Assembly: GCF_040938485.1 (NCBI RefSeq)
Contig: NW_027272175.1
Location: 62,001 to 126,000, forward strand
Reading direction: 5' to 3'
Length of the DNA: 64,000 nucleotides
Source of the DNA: Diadema antillarum
Taxonomy: Eukaryota
Part shown: positions 10,634 to 23,330 of the stretch, piece by piece
Layout of the letters: the number at the start of each line of letters is the position of its first letter
Position numbering within the stretch: the first letter of the stretch is position 1
Notes under the pieces: model-generated
What the model saw: only the letters and a program-made list of their open reading frames with translations
What the model was told of the DNA's origin: nothing
The model's database searches: none
Program-made: the position numbers and the translations under genes

Positions 10634-12427
10634 AAATTTCAATCCGTTTTCACGACGCGGCAAAGCCAAAACGCGCATTCCTGATTGAATCGTCATCGCA
10701 AAAGGCTCGGAGTGTTGATGTCAACTTCGGCTATAAGCTGCCCGGACAAAAGCAGGCACCACGAGTTTACCCGCAACACCTCGTGCCTCACTCGTGGTGC
10801 ATATATCCGGAATGGGTCGGTATTTAAGTCGTAGATACTCGTAGTGTTTAAAGCATTTTTTTTTTTTTTAGTGGTCACGGCATGTTTCCATCATAACATG
10901 AATAAACGAATTGCATTATGCAAATGCAAAATATTTTTATGTAGAAATATTGGACTAGTGCACCTGAATTCTCAAAATATTGGGCCCGTACAAGTAGGCA
11001 TAAGCTTAAGTATGAGCAGGTCTCAAAAATACAGTATAAATAGGCCTATCTTATTAGACCTATGCATAGATGCACCAACTTTTCTGGAATCGCGAGGAAA
11101 AGAAAAAGGACAAATACATGTCGACAGAAGTCATAGAGGTTTCATAGCCCACTGTCAACATATGCAATATGGTCGGGTATTTTCGGTCAGCGATTCCTGT
11201 TGGTGTGCGAAGATTCTGTGCATTATTATAAAGCAAGTACAACGACTTTGTGATGAGTCCTTCCCTCCTTTAATGATTGAGGGTTAAAAATATGACTATC
11301 GACACGAAGTTTCATATTGATTTCATTGCTGTGACTTATTCAGAAAATGCATATATAAATATATATGCATAATATGCCCATTTGTACATGGAATACTCAT
11401 TTTTATGTCATTATGCATAATGTATGCCTATGAGTGCATCGTCATATCATTTAAAGGTCGACAGTATAGGCTTGGATAGTCATTTCCGTTTCCACAGTGC
11501 CATCTTTATAAGAGTCCACTGTTTTACAACTATCATTCACCTTATTATGATATGTATATTCATTCCATCAGGCCTGGTATAAACGCGCGAAACTTATGAA
11601 GTTGAAACCCTTATACGCAGGCGGCATAGCACATCGGATACTAGCTATAGGGGCCATATTTCAAACATTCCACAAATTACAACCTATGTGTTTTCATGCT
11701 GCTTAAAAACTAAATCTTTGACGAGCACCCGTGTTGACGTTCACTCATTACCGCGCATTCACGTAGGCCCTATCATATACAGAACAAACGACCCCCCCCC
11801 CCAAAAAAAAAAATAAATAAATAAAAATAAATACAAAAACACCAAAAATAATATCGCACTGGCTTTTTTGCGGATTGAAATTGAAACACTACATTTTTGG
11901 GTGAATAACCTTGGTAAATGTATTACATGCGTATGTTATAATCACGATTAAATTTCCTTTTTTATGTATTTACATCAATTTCATCTTTGTACACTTTTAA
12001 GAGTAAATTTTTGGGCATAACTTCATTAAATTTCTAACCTGTAATTACTAATACGCTGTAATTGTTTATCTCGGGTCATCCACCTCATTTATCATTCGGA
12101 CCACTCTTACAAACAACAACAAATCAAAATATCCACGGGATGAAAAAAAACACGAAATTAATAATAATTACTGTAATAATGTGAATAATCATAAGCGCAT
12201 ATTTATTATACTAAATGACTTCGAAACTGGAGAAAAAACGCAACGCACTGCCAAGTTGAACCTAACGAAGTAACATCGAGTCGTATACATGCATCTGCCT
12301 CAACGAGAGCTAATAAGTGCCTCTGATTATAAGCTTCATATACTGGAAATAACGACGCCCTCACCTGGAATGGAAATAAATATGACCATGAGGAACAGTG
12401 CAAAGTAAAACTTAACGAAAAGACTTA

Positions 12428-12708
12428 CTCTCTAAAGAAAATCGAGTGAAAATTTTCACTCTAAAAAGAGTGAATACAAAAAAGAGTGAATTTCGAGTGA
12501 GATTGGAGTGAATTTTTGAGTGAAAATGCTCATTTTCACTCATTTTGGAGTGACGTCAGGGATCACTCCAAAATCTTCGAGTGATCCCTGACGTCACTCC
12601 AAAATGAGCATTTTCACTCAAAATTCACTCCAATTTCACTCGAAATTCACTCTTTTTTGTATTCACTCTTTTTCGAGTGAAAATTTTCACTCGATTTTTT
12701 TTAGAGAG
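12428..12708. mobile_element. Near-perfect palindromic MITE with TA flanks
   Basis: TA|CTCTCTAAA..GAGTG-rich arm, centre near 12570-12578, mirrored CACTC-rich arm ..TTTAGAGAG|TA. Confidence 0.85.
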
Positions 12709-15700
12709 TAAGGACAATAAGACAATAATGCATAACAACAAAATGATACTAATGCCGGTAGTTTACCAATTTTAACGATCGAGTCACGGAATACGATTTT
12801 CTAATTCTGTGCGTCCCTGTAGAGATATACGGTCGAGACTTCTGAGCTCATGTTGAAAATCTGTTCACGGATCGAAGGCAGAATTGAAAAAATTGAGAGG
12901 GCAGGAAGAAAAAAAAAACGAAAAAAAAAAAACACACACACACATAAGCGTATCAATGCCTGTATGAGGCGGATAAGGGAGGCATGGGATTTTAGTAAGG
13001 CTGGATTGGGCGAGCACACCGCCGTGGTAGTATACCCTTTACGGGTGCTAATGATTTATCGCAAGCAATAAAAATAAGCCGACTCTCTGTGATGTATGCC
13101 GCCAGCGAAGCCCCACCAATAGAAAACAGGGCCTCCGCTATGGCCTATTCACCGCCAGTCCCCGACCATTGTTCGGCGGCTCTTGCCTGCGCCTCTGTCT
13201 ATCTCCCAACCAATACAGCCTAACTGATCGTATACTGCGCAATCACCCTTGTGTTGTTCGCTCTATCCATCTCTCCCATTCTCTCCCTCTCTCTCGTCCC
13301 TTCCCTTCTTTCTCTATCTCATTCTTTCCGTCAAATCCCCTTTCTGTCCTTCTTTCGCAGCGAATCGCGCGACGTGTTCAGCAGCCTAATGGTGGACAGT
13401 AAGTGTTCCTAGCTTATAGAGTGACGCAGTGGAACGTAAAAACACTTTGAACACGCAGTGTAAACGCTTTCCAGGGATTTTTAACGTCGAACAGAGGGCA
13501 AAAAGGTATGCGTTTACATGCTCTTTCTTTTGCACTGGTAGAATACATATATTTCAAACAATGAAGATACATTTTTTTTCAAACTATCGTCAAAATGATA
13601 AGTGAACATTATCCGAGGCGCATCCGGGACATCTATAAAATGTAAGTTTAATTGTTTATTGAAATATGGTGTTACAACAAAATAAGACAACAATCTCAAT
13701 GCGCTGTAATAATTTTTTTTTCTTCTAAATATTCTTAAACTGGAAAAGAAGGAGGTTCTGATCGGGTTAATCATGAGGTTATTGTATAGGCCTAAAGACT
13801 TTTAGAATGGGATGTAAACAACGTTCACGAGAAGTAGAACATCTTTGAGCTGAACGAGATCATTCATAGATATTTACAAAAGTAACGGAGCATTCTCAAT
13901 TTGCAAAAGATGAGAGAATCAATGTCAGGAAAATGTTCTTATCTCTTTTCACGTTGATGTGCTACACAGCTCATATAGTGCCGTATATACGGCATTGGCA
14001 TTAGTGGTCGTCAAGAGAAAACCGGACTGGTCACATGACTGTGACGTCACGATTATTAATGTGCGCCTATAGAGTCATCACATTTTATTTTCTTTATAAT
14101 TTCTTCGAGCAAAAAAAAAATGACATTCTTTACCCCCCCCCCCCCCCCCCTCCAATCACTTGCGATAAATCGGTTTGCTTTTGTGTCCTAGGTATTGTGT
14201 TATAGGGCATAGAATTACTATCAGAGATAAATTCCTACAGGAAGTGAGTTTTGTCTTACAGAGTGAAGGACACGATTTTTTTTTTTGTCTTTTTCTAACA
14301 TGAAACAAACGTAACTGAACTTTAGCTACCCGTCGAATTCGCAGTCACGTATAAACTAACACGAGTTAACAAATACTATACTTTGAATTAGGATTACAGA
14401 GGACGAAACTTCAAAAATTGTGAAGTTGTGCTTATATTTACCAAAAAACTGCGTTCACCGGATTACAGTTTGTAGAGATTTCATTTCATAATCACACACC
14501 GCTATCAAGCTTTGAAGTATATAGTGATCTGTGTAGCCTGGTTATCATAATAAGAAAAAAAAAGGAAAAAGAAAGAAAAAACAGATAAAAAGAAATGTGT
14601 TAGAAGGATGAATTTTAAATAAATTGTTACCTTTTTGAATGGACCATGATTCTAATTCATACAAAATAGATATCCAGTGGGTTTAATAGAATTTGAAAAT
14701 ATAAAAAATCAGCAAATTCTATACCTCTTGGTCGAAATCCACTTCATCCAAACTTGAAAATAAAATAACAATAACAGCCTTTCGCTGCATCGATATTCAT
14801 TTTCTTCTCTCTTGTTTTCAGGTTTTTGTTATCACTTTTTTGATATGGCCCGAGTTATGTTTCACCCATTCGCTGAACTGTCTTTAATTATTTTTTGTTT
14901 GTTTTTTGTTTGTTTTTTGTTCTCTTCATCATTATAGGACAAGAAAATTGTTTTAGAGCTTTTTGGGTTTCTTTTTTCACCGTTTACAGGTATGGAAGCA
15001 CAGAAACCGTACACACCTAATACTCTCAATGGTTTAACACACACATAGGTCCTACATATATACACACACATATACACACACATACAGGCCTACATGCATA
15101 ATTATATACGCACAGATATTTATTTATTCATGCCTATTTGAAGAGCTTGCTTCCAAAAGGCGCTAAATCCATTAAAAATGATGGATTTAGCGCCTTTTCG
15201 AAGCAAGCTCTTCATTATTTTATACATTTATTTATTCATTCATTCGTTCGTTTATGTTGTGTGTGTGTGCGTGTGTGTGATTGTGATTTTGTGCATGATT
15301 ATAAACAGTGGATGATGGGGCCATCTATGGAGCTAGTGTTGTAGCTCCAAGGTGTGGACTCATTGGTAAGGTGTTAACCCGTGCCCTCACTAACCCTTGT
15401 CCAAAAGCATCTTACGTTCTGTCCTATATAAGCTTGCGTGGTACTACAGCAAGCTCCACTTTGCACGTGGAATCAGTGTTGGAGAAGTACAGCTCGCGCG
15501 GCGTGTTCTGAAGTCAACCACATTATCCCCCCCCCCCCCTTTCCCCCACTCATTTCTCTCCCTTCAATGAATAACATAGAGGGATCTTTACCTTTTATTT
15601 CCCTTTGCGCGGATTCTTTTCACGCCCCGCTCGCTGGCATTCCGGTATTGTGATTTTGCAAGAAGGACGGGGCTTTGAAATGCTCTTTTTCTTCTATTTT

Positions 15701-17676
15701 GCGGGAAAAAAGAAAAGAAAAAAGGGAACAGATAGAGAGAGAGAGGAAGAGAGGGGAAGAGGGAGAGATCAAAAGAGTTGAGAGGGGTGGAGGGACACGT
15801 TTTGGGTTAAATCTCTCCTCAAAGGAGCGGCGTATTGGTGATATCTCAATTATTTGCGCCCCCTTTCATCCTACAGTCGAGTTAGCGAAGGCGGTTTGAA
15901 GAGAGCCCCAAATCGCTCTTTTGATAGGATCAACCCCTATTGTTTCCCTGTATCGCTTCTGCCTTTTTTTTTTCGAATGCGCGGAACTCCTCTTCATCTA
16001 AAATAACAAATACATAGCAAGTCTTGTCGGCTCTGTTTTTCTATTCATTGCTAGGTTGTTGTTTTTTTGCTCCCTCTCTCGCATGCCCAATACATTTTTT
16101 TTTTTCCTCACAACCCCCCCCCCCCCCCCCACACCTCTTTTTGGACAATAAAGCCGCAGGTAATTATGACAAAGTTATCCCCAGAAGTTTGCCGGCTCGT
16201 GACTGTCTCTGCACACCTCTGTTGGATTAGCCAGGTATCATAAAGGATATAGACAACTATAATGCAGGTGTGCAGTGCGTCATGTGAGGCGTATCGAACT
16301 ATGAAAGCCATGACCCGTATAAACAGCTAGGCTATAGATAGATAGGTAGATATAGATAGATAGATAGAGAAAGATAGAAGATGGATCGATGAATATAAAG
16401 AAGACAGACAGGTATAGACTGCCGGATACAATAGCGTGAATTACTGTAATTACAGCATAATAGTGTAGATGAATAAAAGCATAACTTCATTATTTTTTTA
16501 AATCCACAGGGCAATATTGCAATTATTATTCTGGACCAATTAAAAGTTAGTCTGAAAGAAAGAGGTGCATTATTATGCACAACGGTGATAATGTATTCAA
16601 AATTGAATGAAAATAAGGCAAGCTATGAAATTGTTAAGTTTTGATAATTCTTGTTGAATAGCTGTCGAACAGTAAAAAGTAGATGTTGATATGCAAATCT
16701 CTCTTTCTTTCCAAGGTAATTTTTACACGGTCTGGAATTATTTCCCTTTAATCTTTTATTTAGGGCTCTTGCGCTCTTTTCGTCTTTATCCCCCGTCTAT
16801 ATTAAAGGAATTTTTTGTCTCTTTTTCTGTCAACAAAAATATTTCATATATCCATTTGAAATACTCTGCGTGTTTTTAGCAAACAATCAAGCAAACAATG
16901 GGCAAAGCTGAGCAGTTGCCAACGGCAACGTCCAACTGTTTCTCTTCCGTATTTTTGTTGTGGTCTTGCAATTTGTCAAGCCAGTGAATCGGTGGAGCAA
17001 TTCTGCGATAGAGGGCGTCTGTCAGAAATTGGTTCAACTGTCGCAAGGGTTCGTTCGCCTTGTATACACTTTCGCTGCTTCAAAAATGCAGCTACCACAA
17101 TGGATCGAGTGCGATCGTAAAAAAGAAAGAAGAAGATAAAAGTGCGGTTGTCGTAAATGGTAGTATACGAGAAGTGGCTGTGATAGAACTATAAAAATAA
17201 AGATATATATATTACCATAACTTTTTTATCGCTATCATCATCGTTATCATCATCATCTGATTGAGAGCAGAAATAAATCAAATCAAAATCAAATCATGAA
17301 GTATAGTAGCAGCAATAGTAGTAATAGTAGTGTCACAGCTATTACATTGTCGTCATTATACATTAAAATACAACCAAATGTGACACAGTATATGATTTGT
17401 GATCTTTAAGCTTTTTGTGAATTCCTTTCCGTACTACAAAATCAATACCACAATTCGATATACACGCTACCTGCATCCCCCCAAGAAAACACCAACAACA
17501 AACGAACATTAAATGAATTAAAGACACTATAAAAAATGTTCGTGAAGGAAGTTGCATGATATTTGAATATGTCGGTAAAACAATTCACTGCTAGATGAAT
17601 AGCTCATTACCAGGTTCTGAGGGGATACAGTTTTACTTATTGATAGATTGGCCTCGGCAATAAAAGGAGAAATCAA

Positions 17677-18038
17677 AGGCATATAATTTACCATTTGCAG
17701 ATAAAACAAAAACCCAGCATTAGTGCTTCAAAATAGTTCTAAAATGTGAGTTAGGGATAGAAACAACCAATGTAAAAATTTGAACCAGTATAATCGATGT
17801 TAGGTATTTAAAATATACAAAATGTGAACAATAGTTATAAAAATGTTTCCAGACTAAACCGTCTACAGTTATGGTTAAATGAAAAAAATAGTAATATCTC
17901 CTTATATTTTAGGCTTTATTGCAAAAATTTTATGTGGTAGGATGTTTTGTGATACAACTGACCTTATATACACATATGCATCAAAACTGATATCCTGAAT
18001 ATCTTTTAAATCACTGCTCCCAAAGGTAAACAGGACCT
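17677..18038 (+). mobile_element. Kolobok-like non-autonomous element, family K3
   Basis: Starts AGGCATATAATTTACCATTTGCAGAT and ends CCCAAAGGTAAACAGGACCT. Closely similar to 58913-59280. Confidence 0.8.
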
Positions 18039-18309
18039 CCAAGTTTTAATGATATATGACTTGTGTTGTGACCGCGTTCTTTCCAACCATACCTCGAGAC
18101 TACGAATGTTCTCTAGACACTGCCTGTGAATGTGCTTCGAAAGAGAACCTGCGTGCACATTCTATACATATGTTAACCGTCGTTGCAGACATTATTATTC
18201 GAACTAATAATTGAAGTATTCGAAGCGTATATTCCAAGATACACTTGTCTCGAACAGATCAGTATAACTGGTATCACTAATATTATATACCATAAGATAA
18301 TGATACCCA

Positions 18310-19570
18310 AAAATTATGTGAATTGAGTGAATGTAGCAATTTTGCAGCACACATCAGTGAAGTTCGAGTAAAATCGGGCAATCAGTTCAAAACTTATGGC
18401 GTCACTTCAAGCTAACGATATCAAGAAAATATAAAGAGCAGAACTCCACAAAGTTTCATGTTTTATGAAAAGTTCAAATTTCCTCGACTCGCTACTGACA
18501 TAATGTTCATGGTATTAGCAGCCCTCCTGGCTTGTGCCGAAAGGGTGGGTTGGGTGGTGGCGCGTCGCGTTAATGGGAACACCACCCTTCGTCCAAAGCC
18601 CCCCCCCCCCCCCGGTTTTGCCGAAAGGGTGCGTTGGGAGCGTTGGGTCGCGTCGCGTTGACTGGAACCCCACCCTTCGTCCAAAGCCCCCCCCCCCCCC
18701 CCGGTTTTGCCGAAAGGGTGCGTTGGTACCTTTTCTCATGTAATATTAAAAGACGAGTTTTGAATTTATATTTAACCTTCAAACAACCATTTCAAAGAGG
18801 CTATCGTCCGGATCGGTTTACACTCTACTACCACTTGGTCTACAGCCAGTTGGTCTAATAGGGGTAAAGATTAGGGTAAAGTTTAGGGTCCCTCGCCCCT
18901 CCCCCATGGTGCCAGGCCAGCACCCCCAGCAGCTGGACTAAGCCACTGATTATCCACATGATCCATGCCCTGTAACGTAAAACAGAAACGGACATTAGAC
19001 CAAATGGATATTGGACCAAATGAACATTGGACGAACTAAATATTAGATCCGGACGATAGCCTCTTTGAAATGGTTGTTTGAAGGTTAAATATAAATTCAA
19101 AACTTGTCTTTTAATAGTACATGAGAAAAAGTACCAACGCACCCTTTCGGCAAAACCGGGGTGGCTTTGGACGAAGGGTGGGGTTCCAGTCAACGCGACG
19201 CGACCCAACGCTCCCAACGCACCCTTTCGGCAAAACCGGGGGGGGGGGGGGGGGGGGCTTTGGACGAAGGGTGGTGTTCCCATTAACGCGACGCGCCACC
19301 ACCCAACCCACCCTTTCGGCACAAGCCTTCCCCCTTATACTTTCTGAAAGAGGTAAGCCAAGTGCTGCTTATTTTGCTAGAAAATGATAATATGCTAAAT
19401 TCTTTTTATATTATTTTCTATATATCGTTTATGACGTCACGCACTGTTGTATAGTTACCCTCATCCATTGACGGCAGCAACGAAATATAACTTTTGAACG
19501 GATTCACTGTTTTTCCTCAGATTTTACTGTGTTCTTACTATTATTGCTGGATTTACCGAATCCGCAAACA
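18310..19570. mobile_element. Old degenerate K1-like element interrupted by a foldback insertion
   Basis: 18310-18528 and 19328-19570 align colinearly with the left and right parts of 5552-6121. Confidence 0.65.
18529..19327. mobile_element. Foldback-like element: inverted arms of about 285 bp around a spacer of about 230 bp
   Basis: 18529-18814 is the near-exact reverse complement of 19046-19327. Each arm has two copies of an approximately 85-bp subunit (GCCGAAAGGGTG..CACCCTTCGTCCAAAGC plus a C-run). Confidence 0.9.
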
Positions 19571-21153
19571 TATTTTGGTTGCCAGTATAAATGATGTCTT
19601 ACCTTGACCATAGAGATGTAACTCGTATCCAAGCCTGGACCTATCATTTTCTAACCGCTTCCTTAATGGTGGAAACCCGAAGGATAATTCAACTTGGGGA
19701 TAAATGCGAGGGATCACCGAAGTGATGCAGCTTTTTGAGTATGTAACAAACGCAAACAGAAGAAAACTGACCAGAAATGAATATAATTTATTAGTGGGAG
19801 CAAAGAAAATGGGATTCCTTTATGCTAAACACACCATGTTATCACTTGGAAACCAAATTGAATGCATCAGTTGCTGCCATTGTGGTTGAGCCTCGAGAAA
19901 CCTTTTTGATTGTCCAAGACAATCTTTTCCCCCCTATATTAGACAAGCGAAAATTTTAATAATGTTCATTAAAGACCGGTCGACTGTGCGGTTGTGAGCT
20001 GTTAATAGCATATTAACAGCTATAGGTATTCAATTTCTGTAAAATATCTAAAATGTTTCTGTTGCAAATGGATAAAAATAAATGAATAATAGCATGCGTT
20101 TCATTTTGTTTTAATTGATATAAACTGCCATAAATGATTACTTTTTTTAATGAATGAAACATTGCCAGGCAATTTCTTTTTGCCGTTGAAAAGGGACACG
20201 GGTGAATGCTCTTAAAAATTTGAAGTACGTAAATTCTATATCTAATGGAATTCTGCAGAAGCTTGATCCATTTCTTATTTCTATTTCAATATAGCTGTTT
20301 TACTGTTGTTGCTGCTACTCTAGAGAAATTGCTGCTCTATAGATCGATCAGTGTGATGCACATGTGTGTGTGTGTGCGTGTGTGTGTTTGTGTGTGTGTT
20401 TGTTTTCATTTGTTGTTCTTGTTGTTGTTGAATGCAAATGTAAAAAAAAGAGGAAAATATTCTAATGCACTGAATTACGAAATGAGATGATTGAGCACGT
20501 AGTGACATAACCATCGAAACCATTGACAGAATCATTATATCGACACTTTAAAAAAATTCTTCAAGAGATTTTTAACGTGGGAGTAGCTATCTACATCATG
20601 CTAAGATGTCGGTGTCATTGACCGACCGTGCAAACGAAAATTGAGCACAGGCTTTTAGGATATGATATTTACCGGCGGTCTTAATGAACATAAATCACTT
20701 TTCGGCAAACTCTTGTAGTTGTTGTTTTTTCAGAATGCTTCCATCAAACGTCTTAAATGGCGTTTGCATTTGCCTGGTGTTAATATCAAGCGGATATTGG
20801 AATATGTGGGGAAGTAGCTCGGTATATCAATTTGGGGATAAAAGCACGTGCATTGGCTGTCAAACATTAGCGATTTTAATTTCCTTGCCGCGCTCTCTTA
20901 TCCCGCGCTAATAATCGCACGAAGAAACTCCAGATATGAATGATGAAAACTGTCATCATTTTTCTTCCTTTCGTCCATCCAAGAAAGAAAGAGAGGAAGA
21001 GAGAAGCGGTATTTTCCTGTCTATTATGAATATTCATTCATGCCCTTTATCCCTCACAATGTTTGACCGTGAGTAACCTCACCGACGAGACACACACACA
21101 CACACACACACACACACTCGCAAGTACGCACACAAATTAAACACATATACGCG

Positions 21154-21192
<39 letters not shown>

Positions 21193-21769
21193 CAAACAGT
21201 GTTGTTTCCTTTTCAGTGTGAAACAACACAAGATACGAGAGAATAAAGAGTCTGTCAGGGACAGGCAGGGAGGAATGAACAACATGGCGGAAAAGTAATG
21301 TTTCTGCTGCGAGGGAGTTCGAGATATTTTCAGAACAGTTCGGATTGAATTGATAAAACTGCGAGACACATTCCAACCTTATCCTCCATGATGGTTATTG
21401 TGAAACTTAATAGACAGCCATCAGGCCCTATATTAATGTGAGATTCGTTTCGAACACTGTCAAGGGGGTGGGGGGGGGGTTACGATCTCTCTGTTATCTT
21501 CGTGTTATCTTCAGGGCAAGAAATTACCTAATTCTACGATGATTCAAATAAATGTAGCAACAAAGGGACACATTTATACCAAGCATATTATTGAACAAGA
21601 ACGAGCTAAAAACAAACAAACACTATACGCCAGGTATAATGTTGTGAATGTGGCATCTAAGCCATTACATGGCCTCACGATAGGATACATCTTACTGTTG
21701 TCAAGAGTCACGTGACATCGACGTCATTTAACTGTGATTATTCATGCATTTTGTTCAGTCAAACACCCG

Positions 21770-22112
21770 AGGTCTTCCCACGAGCTATAGACCCCCAAGA
21801 GTCATATACGCCCCACGGGCTAGACATTTAATGTCCATGAGTCTTACACCCACGAGTCATAGACCAGCCTACGAGCACGACATCCACGAGTCATACGACC
21901 CACGAGTAGACATTGAAAAAATGCCCATACCAGTCACACAGTCTAGAGGTAGACATCAAGTAAAATGCCCATGACACTAAGAGGCAATATTGCCAAGTGT
22001 CAAGCTCGAGGGCCATAAACAGTTTGTGGACCATATTTTCCTTTAAATCGAGCTCGTGGGCCATTATGTTCACTTAGTATATGGCTCGTGGGTGTCCGGC
22101 TAGTGTTGTGCA
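21770..22112. mobile_element. CACGAG/CATGAG-repeat MITE, copy 1
   Basis: Repeated CCCACGAGTCATA units, end GTGCACC; related to the copies at 23.0 and 28.7 kb. Boundaries approximate. Confidence 0.65.
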
Positions 22113-22254
22113 CCCAAACACACACATCATTGTAATAAGTTACAGTATATCACATCTGAGGCATTATGAACGTCAGTTGTATCATAAAAAATCCTACCAC
22201 ATAAAAAATTGCAATAAAGCCTACTGCCCTTTTTGGAGGAAATATATCACTATA

Positions 22255-22469
22255 TTTTCCCCAATAAACCATATTACTGCAGACGGTTTATTCTAGAAAC
22301 AATTATCATGACTATATTGTCCACACGTTTTTGATAAACAATACTTAACATTGATTATACTGATTAGCATTTTTACATTGGTTGTTTCTATCCCTAACTC
22401 ATCTTTTAGAATTATTTTGAAGCACTAAAGCCGGATTTTTATTTCATCTGCAAATGGTAAATGATGCCT
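22255..22469 (-). mobile_element. K3 family fragment, reverse orientation
   Basis: Reverse complement of the AGGCATAATTTACCATTTGCAGATG..GAGTTAGGGATAGAAACAACCAATGTAAAAA terminus. Confidence 0.75.
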
Positions 22470-23005
22470 TTGATTCTGCGACAGAAATGAGTTTATAAAC
22501 GCACCCTATACTGTACTAGTGTATAGTAAATGCCAATCTGGCCCGCATGACAAGTCAGGTATAGGACACTGCTGATGTAAATAAAAGTGACTTCAACACC
22601 ATTTTTCGTATTACCGTTATCACCCGATCACAGTGAAGTATAATGACCACAATGACTCTCACTTCGTTGGGACTGGAAATAGAATAAGAAGGTTGTGCAA
22701 TTTTAGAAAAAAACGTATTCACCGAAAGTGATAACAGCCTAANNNNNNNNNNNNNNNNNNNNNNNNNNNNNNNNNNNNNNNNNNNNNNNNNNNNNNNNNN
22801 NNNNNNNNNNNNNNNNNNNNNNNNNNNNNNNNNNNNNNNNNNNNNNNNNNNNNNNNNNNNNNNNNNNNNNNNNNNNNNNNNNNNNNNNNNNNNNNNNNNN
22901 ATAAATATTGTGCAAATCAGGTACGTGACAATTTCATGAACTCATGGGTCTCCTATTGGTTTATGCACAAAAATATCGTTGATCAATAATAACTACGCAA
23001 CTTCC

Positions 23006-23330
23006 GGTGCACGTAACGAGACCGACACCCATGAATCATACACCCCACGAGTCATACATCCCATGAGTCATTCAGCCCACGAGTTACACAGCCCACGAGT
23101 CATACAGCCAATGAGTTCGACACTAAGCAAACAAGGTCCACGAGACCCGTGTTGTAATGTCGAACTCTTTACCTGTAGTGTCGAACTCATGGGCCTTATT
23201 TGCCTATAGTGTCAAACTCATGGGCTGTATGACTCGTGAGCTGTAATAATGACTCATGGACTTTTTTTTTAATGTCAAACACAAGGGCTGTATGACTCGT
23301 GGGCGACGATCTCGTGGGGTGACCCCGCAA
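23006..23330. mobile_element. CACGAG/CATGAG-repeat MITE, copy 2
   Basis: Starts GGTGCACGTAACGAG, with forward CCACGAGTCATACA units then inverted TGTATGACTCGTG units. Confidence 0.75.

Noticed and set aside
13979-13994. Perfect 16-bp palindrome TGCCGTATATACGGCA
   Set aside because: Short, with a TA-repeat core; no supporting context.
18458-19387. Mirror-image ORFs on both strands (MPKGWVGWW.., MKVKYKFK..)
   Set aside because: By-products of the foldback inverted repeat; not transposase-like.
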